From NCBI GenBank assembly GCA_964383935.1, contig CAYLIE010000006.1:35377-99376 (forward strand): 64,000 bases of DNA, given 5' to 3'. This DNA comes from an uncultured Anaerolineales bacterium. Lineage in GTDB: Bacteria; Chloroflexota; Anaerolineae; UBA7937. The position numbers were made by a program, and so were the translations under genes. The notes under the pieces are model-generated. The model was not told the DNA's origin. It ran no database searches and saw only the letters and a list, made by a program, of their open reading frames with translations. Below, one piece after another: positions 7,801 to 17,830 of this stretch. Positions within the stretch are counted from its first letter, which is position 1. Every line of letters begins with the position of its first letter.

Positions 7801-9357
7801 CTACCTGCCGCTTCTCGCCACCAACCTCCTCATCGCCTCCACCTCTCTAGCCCCCAAGAGCAGCGAGGCCAGGAGATAAACCCCACCCCCCAGGATCATA
7901 GCCCCCAGGGCCTGCAATACGATGTGGCTGCCCCTGGTGGCTCCGGCGAACCAGGCCACCGCTATCCCCATTAGAGCCGCCGCGGCGGTGCTCTTGACCA
8001 AAGAGGTCAAGAGTTCCCTCCCCCCCATCCCTTTCATCCGCCCTCGCAGGATAAACAGTAGCCAGACCATCTCCACCATGGTAGCCAGAGAGTTGGCAAA
8101 GGCCAACCCTCCATGGTTCAGCGGCCCTACGAGGAGGAGGCAGAGAACGATGTTAAGGATCATGGTGGCTAGACCTACCAGGACCGGCGTTAAGGTATCG
8201 TGGAGGGCGTAGAAGGCCCGGGTGACTATCTCCACTGTGGCGTAGGCGAAAAGCCCTAAAGCGTAAAATTGCAAGGCCCAAGCCACTGCGCCGGTGGATT
8301 CTAAGCCGAACCTTCCCCGCTCCAAGAGCAACCTGATTATCGGCTCCCGCAAGAGGAAGAGTCCCACCGTGGCCGGGACGGTGAGGTACCAGGTCACCCG
8401 CAGGGTTAACGAAAGAGCCCGGCGCAGGTCGCCTATTTCCCCCTTGGCCGTCAACTCGGAAAAAGTAGGAAAAGCCACCGTGGCTATGGCCATGGCGAAA
8501 ACGCCCAGGGGAAGAAACATCAAGAGCCAAGCGTAGTTTAGAGCGGCCAGACTGCCCGCTACCAGGCCCGAAGCCAGGATAGTGTTCACCAAGAAATTGA
8601 TCTGCATGGTAGCCAGCCCCAGCATGCGGGGCAGCACCAGCCACCCCACCTCCCGCACCCCCGGATGCCCAAGACCCAAGATAGGGAAGTAGCGCAGCCC
8701 TCTTTTCACCAGTTCCGGAACCTGCATCAGGAGGTGCAAGACAGACCCCACCACCACGCCTATAGCCAAGCCATAGACCCCCATAGCGGGAGCGAGGAAG
8801 AGCGCCCCTCCGATGATGGAGAGGTTATAGATGGCTGGAGCCCAGGCTGGCCAAAGGAAGTGCTGAAACGAGTTGAGGATGCCCATGGCGATCCCGCTGA
8901 CGCCGAACACGACCGAGGAGAGGAGCATGAGCCGCATAAGGCTAGTCGTGAGGGCTTGCTCTCTGGGACCAAAGCCCGGCGCCACCACTTGGGCCACCAG
9001 TTGGGGGGCGAAGATAGCAGCCAGGAGGCTGGCCATAGTCACGGCCATAAACACTATGTTGAAGATGGCGCTAGCCAGTCGCCAAGCCTCCTTCTTCTCC
9101 CCCCGGGCCAGATATTCGGTGAAGACAGGGATGAAGGCCGACCCCAGAGCACCCCGGGCGATGATCTGGAAGATCAAATCGGGTATCCGAAAGGCAGCCA
9201 GATAAGCGTCCAGTTCCCAACTGGTACCGAACTGGCTGCCAATAATCATCTCCCGAGCCAACCCCAAGGATCGGCTGGCCACAAAGGCCACCATCACCAC
9301 GCCTGCGGCCCGGGCGAGTTCTCCCGCTCGACCCTCGTCCATCCCTACCTCAACCAT
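7801..9357 (-). CDS. murJ: Lipid II flippase MurJ/MviN
   Basis: 518 aa, ~14 TM; conserved N-terminal MurJ block LAREMIIGSQFGTSWELDAYLAAFRIPDLIFQI. Confidence 0.85.
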   Translation of the reverse strand: MVEVGMDEGRAGELARAAGVVMVAFVASRSLGLAREMIIGSQFGTSWELDAYLAAFRIPDLIFQIIARGALGSAFIPVFTEYLARGEKKEAWRLASAIFNIVFMAVTMASLLAAIFAPQLVAQVVAPGFGPREQALTTSLMRLMLLSSVVFGVSGIAMGILNSFQHFLWPAWAPAIYNLSIIGGALFLAPAMGVYGLAIGVVVGSVLHLLMQVPELVKRGLRYFPILGLGHPGVREVGWLVLPRMLGLATMQINFLVNTILASGLVAGSLAALNYAWLLMFLPLGVFAMAIATVAFPTFSELTAKGEIGDLRRALSLTLRVTWYLTVPATVGLFLLREPIIRLLLERGRFGLESTGAVAWALQFYALGLFAYATVEIVTRAFYALHDTLTPVLVGLATMILNIVLCLLLVGPLNHGGLAFANSLATMVEMVWLLFILRGRMKGMGGRELLTSLVKSTAAAALMGIAVAWFAGATRGSHIVLQALGAMILGGGVYLLASLLLGAREVEAMRRLVARSGR

Positions 9358-9424
9358 TATTTGGCCTCACTATTATACTGACACTCTCCCAGCCAAAGCA
9401 AGGAGGTTCTCGGCCGCCTCGCGC

Positions 9425-10741
9425 TCAGGCACTCCCCGCTACGCGGACTTCCTCAAGGATCCCTGCGGGAAATGGATTGGGTTTTCCCCAATCGTAGCGG
9501 TTGACCGATGGTTCGGGCCAGATCGTGGGAAGTTCTCCCACTCGAACCGATACTCCGGTGCTCAAATCGAGCCCTTGGAGATACTTACGGAGAAGATTGA
9601 TAGCGCCATTGACGTCGGCATTGATGACTGCCCCACACTCCGAGCAGACGAGGAGGCCGCGATGAATACGACTGTTTCCATCTCGACAACCGCATGCACT
9701 GCACCTTCGACTGGTGTTCCGTTCGCTCACTTTGACAATTGTGATGCCGCTCAAATTTGCCTTGTAGGCCAGCATCTGAGCGAACCTATCGAAAGGCCAG
9801 GCGTGCAGCTTGAGGTTGCTAGCCCTCCCGTGATTGCGGGCCTCGCCGTTACTTTGCCATCGGATGCCCGAGAGATCGCCAAGAACAATGGTGCCTATAC
9901 CTTTCTCGATACCCATGTTCACAATGTCTCGGGAAATAGCGTGCAGGAACTGCTTCCGTCTCCCGCTTCTTTTCCGTTGCAGCTTCCTTTCACGCTTGGA
10001 TGCCGCTCGCTTTCTAGAGCCAGGCTTCCATCTGCTAGGCTTGCATTTGGCTATCTCCCTTACGAAGTAGTACTCCTGGGCCAAAAGACCTCGACCGCTG
10101 TAGAGGCCAGTGGTATCGTCGCTGTAGGCTATTGCTGCCAGATTGACGATGCCCACATCAATGGCCGCCACGCCTTCGCCTGGGGCTTCGTCAGCGCAGG
10201 GAACATCGCAGACGAGGTGGACTTCCCACCTGCCCTCTCGATGCACCAGCCTGACCAATTTGGGGTTGGAAATATCGGCAACTGGGGGCAGAGCCAGGTC
10301 GAGATAAAGATACTTCTCTCCAATCTCAGCGGTGACCGTCTCCCCCCTGGAAAGGCGGAGTCTAGTTCCTTCCAATTTGAAGCCCGATCTCTTGAAGGTA
10401 ACAGTATTCATCAACACCCGCCCCTTCCGCTTGCAATACCCGGGTGGGCGAGCTCCATAGTTGCCGTTCCTGCGCTGACTGAACCACGACTTATAGGCCT
10501 GCCAGAGCTCTTGGAGGACTGCTTGGGCAGTATGGGAAGGCAGGTGCTTGTACCAGTAGTGGGACTGAACCTCCTCCTGTACTTTGAAGGCATGTGGTAT
10601 TTTGCCTTTTCTTTCCCACACCTGGCGGGAGTGGTAAAGGGCCACGTTCCAGAGTTTGGAGCAGGCAAGACCCACTTTGTCGAGATCCCTCTCAACCTCA
10701 TCCAAGTTCTTGATTTTAGCAATGTAGGTGAGTTGTTGCAT
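9425..10741 (-). CDS. tnpB: TnpB (OrfB) RuvC-like RNA-guided endonuclease of IS200/IS605 family
   Basis: RuvC-I IDVGIVNLAA, zinc finger CSACG...CSECG, RuvC-III ADVNGAINL. Confidence 0.85.
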   Translation of the reverse strand: MQQLTYIAKIKNLDEVERDLDKVGLACSKLWNVALYHSRQVWERKGKIPHAFKVQEEVQSHYWYKHLPSHTAQAVLQELWQAYKSWFSQRRNGNYGARPPGYCKRKGRVLMNTVTFKRSGFKLEGTRLRLSRGETVTAEIGEKYLYLDLALPPVADISNPKLVRLVHREGRWEVHLVCDVPCADEAPGEGVAAIDVGIVNLAAIAYSDDTTGLYSGRGLLAQEYYFVREIAKCKPSRWKPGSRKRAASKRERKLQRKRSGRRKQFLHAISRDIVNMGIEKGIGTIVLGDLSGIRWQSNGEARNHGRASNLKLHAWPFDRFAQMLAYKANLSGITIVKVSERNTSRRCSACGCRDGNSRIHRGLLVCSECGAVINADVNGAINLLRKYLQGLDLSTGVSVRVGELPTIWPEPSVNRYDWGKPNPFPAGILEEVRVAGSA

Positions 10742-10759
10742 AGTTTGCTTTCCTTCGAG

Positions 10760-11164
10760 TTAATGCCCACTTTGGGCCTCGATGTATGCTTGAATAGTCT
10801 TGGTGGAGACATTGCCTGCTGTAGAATAGCAATAGGAGTGCGTCCAGAGGGAAGGGAGCCTCCTCAGGTGTGGGAACTCCTGTCTGAGAAGGCAGGAGCT
10901 TCGCCCCTTGACAGCTCTCACGATCCGGTAAGCGGGTTTCACAGGGTCGTCTCTTAGAAACAGATGAATGTGATCTGGACGAATAGCCAGTTCCAGAATT
11001 TCGCACTTGTTTTCGGCAGCTAGTTGCCGGATGATCTGTTCCAAGGGAGCAGCCACTCGACCCACCGGCACGGCCCTCCGATTTTTGGGACAAAAGATGA
11101 GATGGTAAACAACAAGATGGATATGATGACCGCTATTTTGATATTCCATCTGATATTTCCTCAC
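10760..11164 (-). CDS. tnpA: IS200/IS605 TnpA (Y1 HUH transposase)
   Basis: HIHLVV (HUH) and PDHIHLF motifs; ~134 aa. Confidence 0.85.
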   Translation of the reverse strand: MRKYQMEYQNSGHHIHLVVYHLIFCPKNRRAVPVGRVAAPLEQIIRQLAAENKCEILELAIRPDHIHLFLRDDPVKPAYRIVRAVKGRSSCLLRQEFPHLRRLPSLWTHSYCYSTAGNVSTKTIQAYIEAQSGH

Positions 11165-11372
11165 ACTGTTTTCTAGTATAGCACATTAGTTCTAAGAATG
11201 CAAGTCGATTTATGCGCCCTTACCTCCTAGCTTGGAGCCAGGAGCTTGCGGGCGCGGAAAGCGATCAAATCGGCTGGGGAGGAAGGGCGTTATATATGCA
11301 AACTCTCATGCTAACTGGACAAGGAGGCAGAAATCGAGTATTATTTAATCAGTTGGCAACCAGGGAGGTCTC

Positions 11373-11648
11373 TTGGCTACTACAGCATCGGCAAAGAAGA
11401 GGATCAGGTCCTCGGCCCGAAGGAGAGAGCGAAACCGGGTGTTCCGCTCTCGGGCTCGGACCTTCATAAAGAAAACGGATCGGCTCATCGCCGAGGGCAA
11501 ATTGGAGGAGGCCGCACAGACCGCACGGCAGGCTATGGGCGCCCTCGATAAGGCAGCAGTGAAAGGCGTCATCCATAAGAACAACGCTGCCCGCCGAAAA
11601 GCCCGCCTCATGAAGCGACTTAATCTAGCCCTCAAAAAAGCCGAATAA
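11373..11648 (+). CDS. rpsT: 30S ribosomal protein S20
   Basis: Basic 91-aa protein, [15 protein letters not shown]-terminus typical of bS20. Confidence 0.9.
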   Translation: MATTASAKKRIRSSARRRERNRVFRSRARTFIKKTDRLIAEGKLEEAAQTARQAMGALDKAAVKGVIHKNNAARRKARLMKRLNLALKKAE

Positions 11649-11696
11649 ATCCCCTGTTCGGCTACCTCGAAAAGACCCCGGAGATCGCTATTCTCC

Positions 11697-11725
11697 TTGA
11701 CATAGCACGCCTGTTCTGGTATAAT
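11697..11725 (+). promoter_or_regulatory. Consensus sigma-70-type promoter (TTGACA-N17-TATAAT) abutting the downstream ORF
   Basis: -35 at 11697-11702, -10 at 11720-11725. The -10 and following context (TATAATATGG) is identical to the ssb promoter. Confidence 0.45.
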
Positions 11726-11743
11726 ATGGAACGGGTGTTCGAG

Positions 11744-12082
11744 ATGGCCGGTAATGAGATGCAAGTGGGGCTCCTTTGGTTCGACGATGACCCGAAGAAA
11801 GAGGTCTCTCTAAAGGTTAAGGAGGCCGCTGGGCGGTACTTTGAGAAGTTCGGCCAGCGGCCCAATCTCTGCTACGTGAGCCCCGCCACCCTTCCCCTCC
11901 CGCGGGATCCTCTAGGGACGGAAGGCGTCCATCTCGATCCTTCGGATGGTGAACATCCTCAGGATGTGAACCATGGCCTGCGTGTCTTGTCCAGCCCCCT
12001 CATCCTCCCCGACCACTTCTGGGTGGGAGAGAGCCATCAATCCAAAGAGACTGGAAAAAGGGGGTCTCAAAGTCGAAGTTGA
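11744..12082 (+). CDS. Hypothetical protein (start uncertain; annotated ATG at 11726 overlaps the -10 box)
   Basis: ORF only; a possible alternative frame at the 3' end hints at a sequencing or frameshift issue. Confidence 0.3.
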   Translation: MAGNEMQVGLLWFDDDPKKEVSLKVKEAAGRYFEKFGQRPNLCYVSPATLPLPRDPLGTEGVHLDPSDGEHPQDVNHGLRVLSSPLILPDHFWVGESHQSKETGKRGSQSRS

Positions 12083-12221
12083 CGGCAAGTACCACTTCCC
12101 CATCGAGAAAAAGAGAGAGATCGATTAGAACGCAAAAAGGCTTCAAACTGAGCACCTCTGGAGGCTGGGCAGGATTTTCTAAGCCTGGTCAAGAGAGCCC
12201 ATCTGTGCTAGACTGAAATCG

Positions 12222-12950
12222 ATGCGCTATCTCGTTCTCTCCGATATCCATAGCAATCTGCCTGCCTTGGAAGCGGTCTTGGCGGAGGTCGATCTGGCTC
12301 ATATCGACGAGGTGCTCTGCCTGGGAGACCTAGTTGGCTATGGGCCTAACCCCAACGAGTGTATCGTCCGCCTCCGGGAACTCCCTCTTCGCTGCGTGGC
12401 CGGAAACCACGATTGGGCGGCCATCGGAAAGATGGATACCGCCGAGTTCAACCCCGCCGCTCGGGAGGCCTGTCAATGGACAGCAAGAGAACTGACCGCT
12501 GAGAATAGAGCCTATCTGCAAAGCCTCCCTGAGACCCTCGTTCAAGACAACTATACCTTGGTTCACGGCAGCCTCCGCGCTCCCATCTGGGAGTATGTTA
12601 CCCACCCCCTAGTGGCCCAGCGCAGTTTTGAACTTCTCAATACTCAACTTTGTTTTCATGGTCACACTCACGTTCCGGTGATCTTCCGCGAAGAGAAGGC
12701 ACACCCCCAAGCCTACATCCTCTCTCCCGGACAGAGGGTACCCCTCGATATGAACCGGTATATGATCAATACTGGAAGCGTGGGGCAGCCTCGCGATGGC
12801 GACCCTCGGGCCAGTTATCTTCTCTTCCACAGCCGAGAGGCGACACTCGAGTATCGGCGAGTGGATTACCCTGTAGAGGAGACCCGGAAGTCGATGAAAA
12901 GGGAAGGGCTCCCCGAGAGCCTCATCACCCGTCTCTCTTATGGCTGGTAG
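12222..12950 (+). CDS. Calcineurin-like metallophosphoesterase
   Basis: DIHSN, GDLVGYGP and GNHD motifs. Confidence 0.8.
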   Translation: MRYLVLSDIHSNLPALEAVLAEVDLAHIDEVLCLGDLVGYGPNPNECIVRLRELPLRCVAGNHDWAAIGKMDTAEFNPAAREACQWTARELTAENRAYLQSLPETLVQDNYTLVHGSLRAPIWEYVTHPLVAQRSFELLNTQLCFHGHTHVPVIFREEKAHPQAYILSPGQRVPLDMNRYMINTGSVGQPRDGDPRASYLLFHSREATLEYRRVDYPVEETRKSMKREGLPESLITRLSYGW

Positions 12951-13018
12951 ATCTGGGGAACCTTCAAAGGTTGGAGAGCGTCTAGAAAATAGAGAACCTC
13001 AAACCAAAGGAGAATAAG

Positions 13019-13912
13019 ATGAAAGGCAAATGGCTCTTAGCAGCGCTAACGATCGCCCTCCTGGTGCAGATTGTGGGCTGCGCCCCTGCCGCGATGCCCA
13101 CACCCGTCCCCCCAGAGTACTTTGTGGGTGCAGAGCAAATCCCCGCAGCTCTCCCTGTTGAAGAGTACGGGAGGGGTGGTGGCCCGGCCGTAGTAGTCCC
13201 AGCGGAGGAACGGCTCATCATAAGGACGGGGAATATCGCCCTCCTGGTGGAAGATACCGAGGAGAGCCTGGCCAAAATAGAGGCTCTGGCCTTGGAACTG
13301 GGGGGGTTCGTCATCGATTCCAACTCCTGGAGAGAGAATGACCAACTTCATGCCACCATAACCATCCGGGTGCCCGCCGAATCGTTCGATGAGGCCAGGA
13401 GACGCCTCAAAGAGGGCGCATTGGAGGTCCAGAGTGAGAACATCTCCGCTCAGGATGTGACCGAGGAGTATGTCGATCTAGAAGCCCGTCTCACCTATTT
13501 GGAAGAGACCGAAGAGGAACTGCGTGAACTCCTCGACTCGGCCCGGGAAAGGGGCGAAAAGGCGGAAGGCATACTAGCCATCTATCGGGAACTTTCCAAT
13601 ATCGGCATCCAGGTCGAGCAGACCAAGGGACGCATACAATACTTAGAAAGAAGCGCCGCCATGTCCGCCCTAACCGTGACCCTCACCCCCAAAGAGGAGG
13701 TGCAGGTGGTGGAGCCTGGATGGGACTGGCTGCGCACAGCCCGGGAATCTCTCCGCGACCTAGTAAAGGCCCTTCAGTTCTTAGCCGAGATAGCCACTCG
13801 CTTCATCGTCACCCTCCTGCCCATTCTGGTCATCGTAGCCCTACCCTTTGCGCTCTTGGGATGGCTGGTAGTGTGGATCTGGCGACGGCGAAGGGCCAAG
13901 AAAGAGGTCTAA
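13019..13912 (+). CDS. DUF4349-like lipoprotein (lipobox LVQIVGC, coiled coil, C-terminal TM anchor)
   Basis: Domain architecture and RIQYLERSAAMSALTVTL block. Confidence 0.45.
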   Translation: MKGKWLLAALTIALLVQIVGCAPAAMPTPVPPEYFVGAEQIPAALPVEEYGRGGGPAVVVPAEERLIIRTGNIALLVEDTEESLAKIEALALELGGFVIDSNSWRENDQLHATITIRVPAESFDEARRRLKEGALEVQSENISAQDVTEEYVDLEARLTYLEETEEELRELLDSARERGEKAEGILAIYRELSNIGIQVEQTKGRIQYLERSAAMSALTVTLTPKEEVQVVEPGWDWLRTARESLRDLVKALQFLAEIATRFIVTLLPILVIVALPFALLGWLVVWIWRRRRAKKEV

Positions 13913-13920
13913 GGCCAACA

Positions 13921-13960
13921 GAAAAAAGGGGCACGAGATCGCGCCCCTTTTTATTTTTAT
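13921..13960. terminator. Bidirectional terminator between convergent genes
   Basis: A6-ggggcacgagatcgcgcccc-T5 hairpin. Confidence 0.5.
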
Positions 13961-15186
13961 GCTGAGGGCTCTTCCGGCGCTTGTGCCGAGGGTTTTTCCG
14001 GTGGCTCTTTCTCCGCCTTCCGGTAGGCCTCAAGCCACTTTTTCAGTTGAGCGGCTTGTGCCTCCTGCTCCTTCCTCTTCTCCCTCTCACGATAGGCGTC
14101 CAGCCGGGCGAAGATCTCCTCCTGAACGCGGCGGGGGTCATGTACCCAATCGAAGGTGAACTCCCCCTCGGTAGCCGCGGTCTCTATGATCACCATGCCC
14201 ACGTTGAGAAGGTTGTAAACTATGCCGGGGATGAGATACCTCACATCCTGGATCATAGCCAGGCTAGCTTCCCTCCGCTCTTCTCGCAAGAAGAGGGGCT
14301 TCTTCTCCATGTCTATGATCCGATCATCGGTCAAGACGTAGATATCGTTCCGCCAATCCTCGTACCGGTAGAGGATGAAGAGAGCCGAGAGACTAGCGGC
14401 GGTCACGCAGAGAACCAAAGCCGAGGTTCGAGGCAGGAAAGAGACCAAGGGGAGCCCCAAAGCCACGGCCACCCCTATCTCCAAGACGAGTATTAGAAGG
14501 ACCAGAGGAGCCGCCGTCTTCCGCAAGAGAACGTACCAATGTTTCCTCCAGGTCACCTGGGAGCCCTCCTCTAAGCGTAGGCGAGGGAAAAGGTAGTCAA
14601 GGAGGAGGGGAAAAGCGCCTCTCTTTCTGGTAACGACAGCCCTCTCTTGGGGCTCAACGAGGGCCTCCTCCGGGGGGGCTTCTTCCTTTCGGGAGCGCTC
14701 CACCTGGGCCAGGATCTCCTCCTGCACCCGGTCCGCCTGGGGCAAGGCGGTAAGAACTATCTTGCCCCTAGCCCCCGCGGTCTCTATGACCAAGTTCGCA
14801 AAGCCTAGTAGTCTAGCCAAGGCATGGGGAGAGACCAAGGTCACGTTCTGGATCCTCCCTAGCGCAGCCTCGTTCCGCTCCTCATAGAGGAGCATCACTT
14901 TCTCCACATGGACTACGCGCTTGTCGGTGACCACATAGTAATCATTTTGCCAATCGAGATAGAACCACATAAAGAGAAGAGCGGCCAGAGGGCCGAGGCA
15001 AAGGTAGGCCAAGGGAAGGAGACGACCAAAGGAGCCCGGAGACAAAACCCAAAAAGCAGCGGGTAAGGTGAGCAAGAAGGCCGGGAGGAGCAAGCGAACA
15101 GCCAAGAGATAGGGGTGCCGCCGATGAAGGGAGAGAACAACCTCATCCTGATGCAACCACGAGAACCGGGGTGAAGTCTGAATCAA
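13957..15186 (-). CDS. Tandem bacterial PH-domain (bPH_2/YdbT-like) membrane protein
   Basis: Two repeats of TM pair + NDYYVVTDKRV / NDIYVLTDDRI + IIETAG blocks. Confidence 0.55.
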   Translation of the reverse strand: MIQTSPRFSWLHQDEVVLSLHRRHPYLLAVRLLLPAFLLTLPAAFWVLSPGSFGRLLPLAYLCLGPLAALLFMWFYLDWQNDYYVVTDKRVVHVEKVMLLYEERNEAALGRIQNVTLVSPHALARLLGFANLVIETAGARGKIVLTALPQADRVQEEILAQVERSRKEEAPPEEALVEPQERAVVTRKRGAFPLLLDYLFPRLRLEEGSQVTWRKHWYVLLRKTAAPLVLLILVLEIGVAVALGLPLVSFLPRTSALVLCVTAASLSALFILYRYEDWRNDIYVLTDDRIIDMEKKPLFLREERREASLAMIQDVRYLIPGIVYNLLNVGMVIIETAATEGEFTFDWVHDPRRVQEEIFARLDAYREREKRKEQEAQAAQLKKWLEAYRKAEKEPPEKPSAQAPEEPSA

Positions 15187-15196
15187 GATGCCACCT

Positions 15197-17014
15197 CTAT
15201 AGGAAATCTCGCACTTTTTGGGCCACTACCTCGTTCATCCCCTCCACGGCAGCAAGCTCTTGGAGGCTAGCCTGGCGGATCGCTTCCAGGGAGCCGAACT
15301 GTTTCAGGAGGGCCCTCCTCCTCTTGGGACCGATCCCCGGGATCTCCTCCAGAACAGTGGCCAGGCTCCTGTGCCTCCGCAACTTCTGATGGTAGCCTAG
15401 GGCGAAGCGGTGGGCCTCGTCCCGCAGTCGCTGCATCAACCGGAGGGCTGGGGAATCGTCGGGAAGCCGAAGGGGACGATCAGCCCCTGGACAGTAGATC
15501 TCCTCTCGCTCCTTGGCCAGAGCCACGGTGGGAACCTCCAAGCCATGTTCAGCCAAGACCTCTAGAGCGGCGTTCAGTTGACCCTTTCCCCCATCGATGA
15601 CCACCAGGTGGGGCAGAGTCGCCCACGCGCTCTCATCCTCATCGAGGGCTCGCCTAAACCGTCGCTGCAGCACCTCTCGTATCATGGCGTAATCGTTGGT
15701 CCCCTGGACGCTCTTGATACGGAAATGGCGGTAGGCCTCTCTCTGGGGTACACCTTTCTGGAAAACCACCATGCTCCCCGTAGCGGCCACCCCTTGGATA
15801 TTGGAGACGTCATAAGCCTCGATGCGCAAGGGGAAGGCTTCCAGTCCAAGGCGCTCCTGCAGATCGGTGAGAGTGGCCATCGCTTTCTCTTCGTCGATCG
15901 CTTCCTGAGCCTCCAGATGGGCCAAGGTTTGGGCCGCGTTCTCCTCCGCCAACTTCACCAGTCCCCGCTTCTTCCCCCGGCGGGGAACGGAAAGGGTCAC
16001 TTTCGCCCCCTTCCTCTCCTCCAGCCACGCTCTGATCACGGAGGCCTCATCTATCTCGCTCCCCAAGAGGATCTCCAAGGGGACGTAGGCCACCGCATCG
16101 TAAAACTGCTTCAGGAAAGAGGTCAGAACCTCTTTCGTCTCCTCACCCTTCGTCCCCTCCAAGAGGAACGATTCCCGACCTATCAATTTGCCCCCCCGCA
16201 CGAAGAATACCTGCGCGCAGGCCTCGCCATCCCGCCTAGCCAGGGCTATCACATCCTGATCCACCTTGGTGCGAAAGACAATCCTCTGCTTCTCCATAGC
16301 CCGCTCTATGCCTCGGATCTGGTCGCGTAGGGATGCTGCCCGTTCGAACTCCAGATCTCTTGCCGCCTCCTCCATCTGCCAGCGAAGGGAGTCAAGGATC
16401 GCCTCCTGCCTCCCCTCCAGGAAGAGGCAGACCCCCTCGATGAGGGCCCGATACTCTTCCTGGGAGATAGCCCCGATGCAAGGGGCAGGACAGCGCTTGA
16501 TGTAATAATAGAGACAAGCCCGTTGATCGGTGCCGGTGAGTTTGCGCCGGCAGGTCACGTAAGGGAAGATACGGCGCAGGGTATCTAGGGTCTGGTGCAT
16601 AGCCGCCGAGGAGGCGAAAGGGCCATAATACTTGGCTCCGTCTCGCTGGGCGCGGCGAACGATCTGGATGCGGGGGAACTCCTCCTGCCAACTGACCCTG
16701 ATATAGGGATACCGCTTGTCATCCCGGAAACGGACATTATAGCGGGGGCGGTACCTCTTGATCAAGGAACACTCCAAAACGAGGGCCTCCATCTCCGATT
16801 CGGTGACGATGAACTCGAAGTCGGCTGTCGTCCTAGCCAGATGGGCCAACTTGGGGCTTCGGGTGGGCGAAGCGGAGAAGTAGGAGCGCACCCTATTTCT
16901 CAGATTCGCCGCCTTCCCCACATAAACCACCCTTCCCTTCCCATCCTTGAAGAGATAAACGCCCGGGCCGGTGGGTATCTTCTTCACTCTCTCCGATAAG
17001 TCAGAAAAGGCCAC
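15197..17014 (-). CDS. uvrC: Excinuclease ABC subunit C
   Basis: GIY-YIG N-terminus (GVYLFKD...VVYVGKA), UvrC middle and C-terminal HhH domains, 605 aa. Confidence 0.9.
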   Translation of the reverse strand: MAFSDLSERVKKIPTGPGVYLFKDGKGRVVYVGKAANLRNRVRSYFSASPTRSPKLAHLARTTADFEFIVTESEMEALVLECSLIKRYRPRYNVRFRDDKRYPYIRVSWQEEFPRIQIVRRAQRDGAKYYGPFASSAAMHQTLDTLRRIFPYVTCRRKLTGTDQRACLYYYIKRCPAPCIGAISQEEYRALIEGVCLFLEGRQEAILDSLRWQMEEAARDLEFERAASLRDQIRGIERAMEKQRIVFRTKVDQDVIALARRDGEACAQVFFVRGGKLIGRESFLLEGTKGEETKEVLTSFLKQFYDAVAYVPLEILLGSEIDEASVIRAWLEERKGAKVTLSVPRRGKKRGLVKLAEENAAQTLAHLEAQEAIDEEKAMATLTDLQERLGLEAFPLRIEAYDVSNIQGVAATGSMVVFQKGVPQREAYRHFRIKSVQGTNDYAMIREVLQRRFRRALDEDESAWATLPHLVVIDGGKGQLNAALEVLAEHGLEVPTVALAKEREEIYCPGADRPLRLPDDSPALRLMQRLRDEAHRFALGYHQKLRRHRSLATVLEEIPGIGPKRRRALLKQFGSLEAIRQASLQELAAVEGMNEVVAQKVRDFL

Positions 17015-17056
17015 CTATACTCCCTATGCCTAACTAACCTTCTCGCTTCTCTATTT

Positions 17057-17092
17057 TACCACAAAAGAGGGCCTGGGGTTAGCCCCAGGCCC
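17057..17092 (-). terminator. Rho-independent terminator after the DUF4013 gene
   Basis: 10-bp stem gggcctgggg/ccccaggccc, loop ttag, T-run on minus strand. Confidence 0.6.
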
Positions 17093-17116
17093 TGGCCCTT
17101 TCTCGCTTTTTCGCTC

Positions 17117-17758
17117 CTATGCGGTTGCTACCGAGGCGTGGTGGAGTTGCCCGAAGAGATGGGCCATCACCAGATACCCCCAGAAGGAGGTAAAGAGCAC
17201 GCCCACTCCGCAGGCGATGACCCCCAGGCCCGCGATGAGGCCAGCCACCCAGGTCAAGAGAATGGCTATAATGTAGTTCCCCAGGTTCCCAGTGATGAGG
17301 CCGAATATCTCCCCGAAGTGGAAGGCGGATCCCAACTCCCCGGTCACCGCATAGTTAACCAGGATAGCCGGTGAGAGGACGCCGATGATAAGCCCATAGA
17401 GACCGCCCAGGCATCCCCCTCCGGTGGAGAGAAGAGTGCGGATACCTTCTTGGATTCCCTCTTCCCCTCCCACGGCCAAGCCAGCGGCCCAGAGGCAGCA
17501 CATAATCAGCCAGACGGGGATGGCGTAGACTAAGCCCATTATGAACACCATCAGCCCTTTGACGAACTTCTCGCCGAACTCCGACCATTCCGGAAGGGGT
17601 CTCTCCAAACCCTGGGCCACATTGTGGATCGTCTCCACTATGTAGCCAAAAACCGCGAAGTTCACGATGGGGATGATCCCCAAGATGCCCCCGATGAGTA
17701 TCTTCGCGATCCAACTCTCGTCATCGAAGATATAAGTAAAAGCTTTGCCGATCTCCAT
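17117..17758 (-). CDS. DUF4013-like polytopic membrane protein
   Basis: FTYIFDDESWIAKILIGG N-terminal block typical of this family. Confidence 0.45.
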   Translation of the reverse strand: MEIGKAFTYIFDDESWIAKILIGGILGIIPIVNFAVFGYIVETIHNVAQGLERPLPEWSEFGEKFVKGLMVFIMGLVYAIPVWLIMCCLWAAGLAVGGEEGIQEGIRTLLSTGGGCLGGLYGLIIGVLSPAILVNYAVTGELGSAFHFGEIFGLITGNLGNYIIAILLTWVAGLIAGLGVIACGVGVLFTSFWGYLVMAHLFGQLHHASVATA

Positions 17759-17830
17759 CTTAACCTCCCATTGAGTGATACAACCACAGGCTCAACTGAT
17801 AACGCCGAGGTTCGACTTTGCAGCCAAACA

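Larger units (their letters stand above)
9380..11260 (-). mobile_element. IS200/IS605-family insertion sequence (tnpA + tnpB, IS608-like organisation); ends approximate
   Basis: Y1 HUH transposase and TnpB co-oriented and 19 bp apart. No terminal inverted repeats, as expected for this family. Confidence 0.7.

Noticed and set aside
8665-9381. 238-aa plus-strand ORF (and the 8153..8644 and 7922..8212 ORFs)
   Set aside because: Antisense to, or embedded in, murJ; low-complexity His/Gly/Arg-rich translations typical of spurious high-GC frames.
9575-10957. 460-aa ORF on the plus strand
   Set aside because: Entirely antisense to tnpB/tnpA, which have strong motif support. A GC-rich antisense read-through frame, not a gene.
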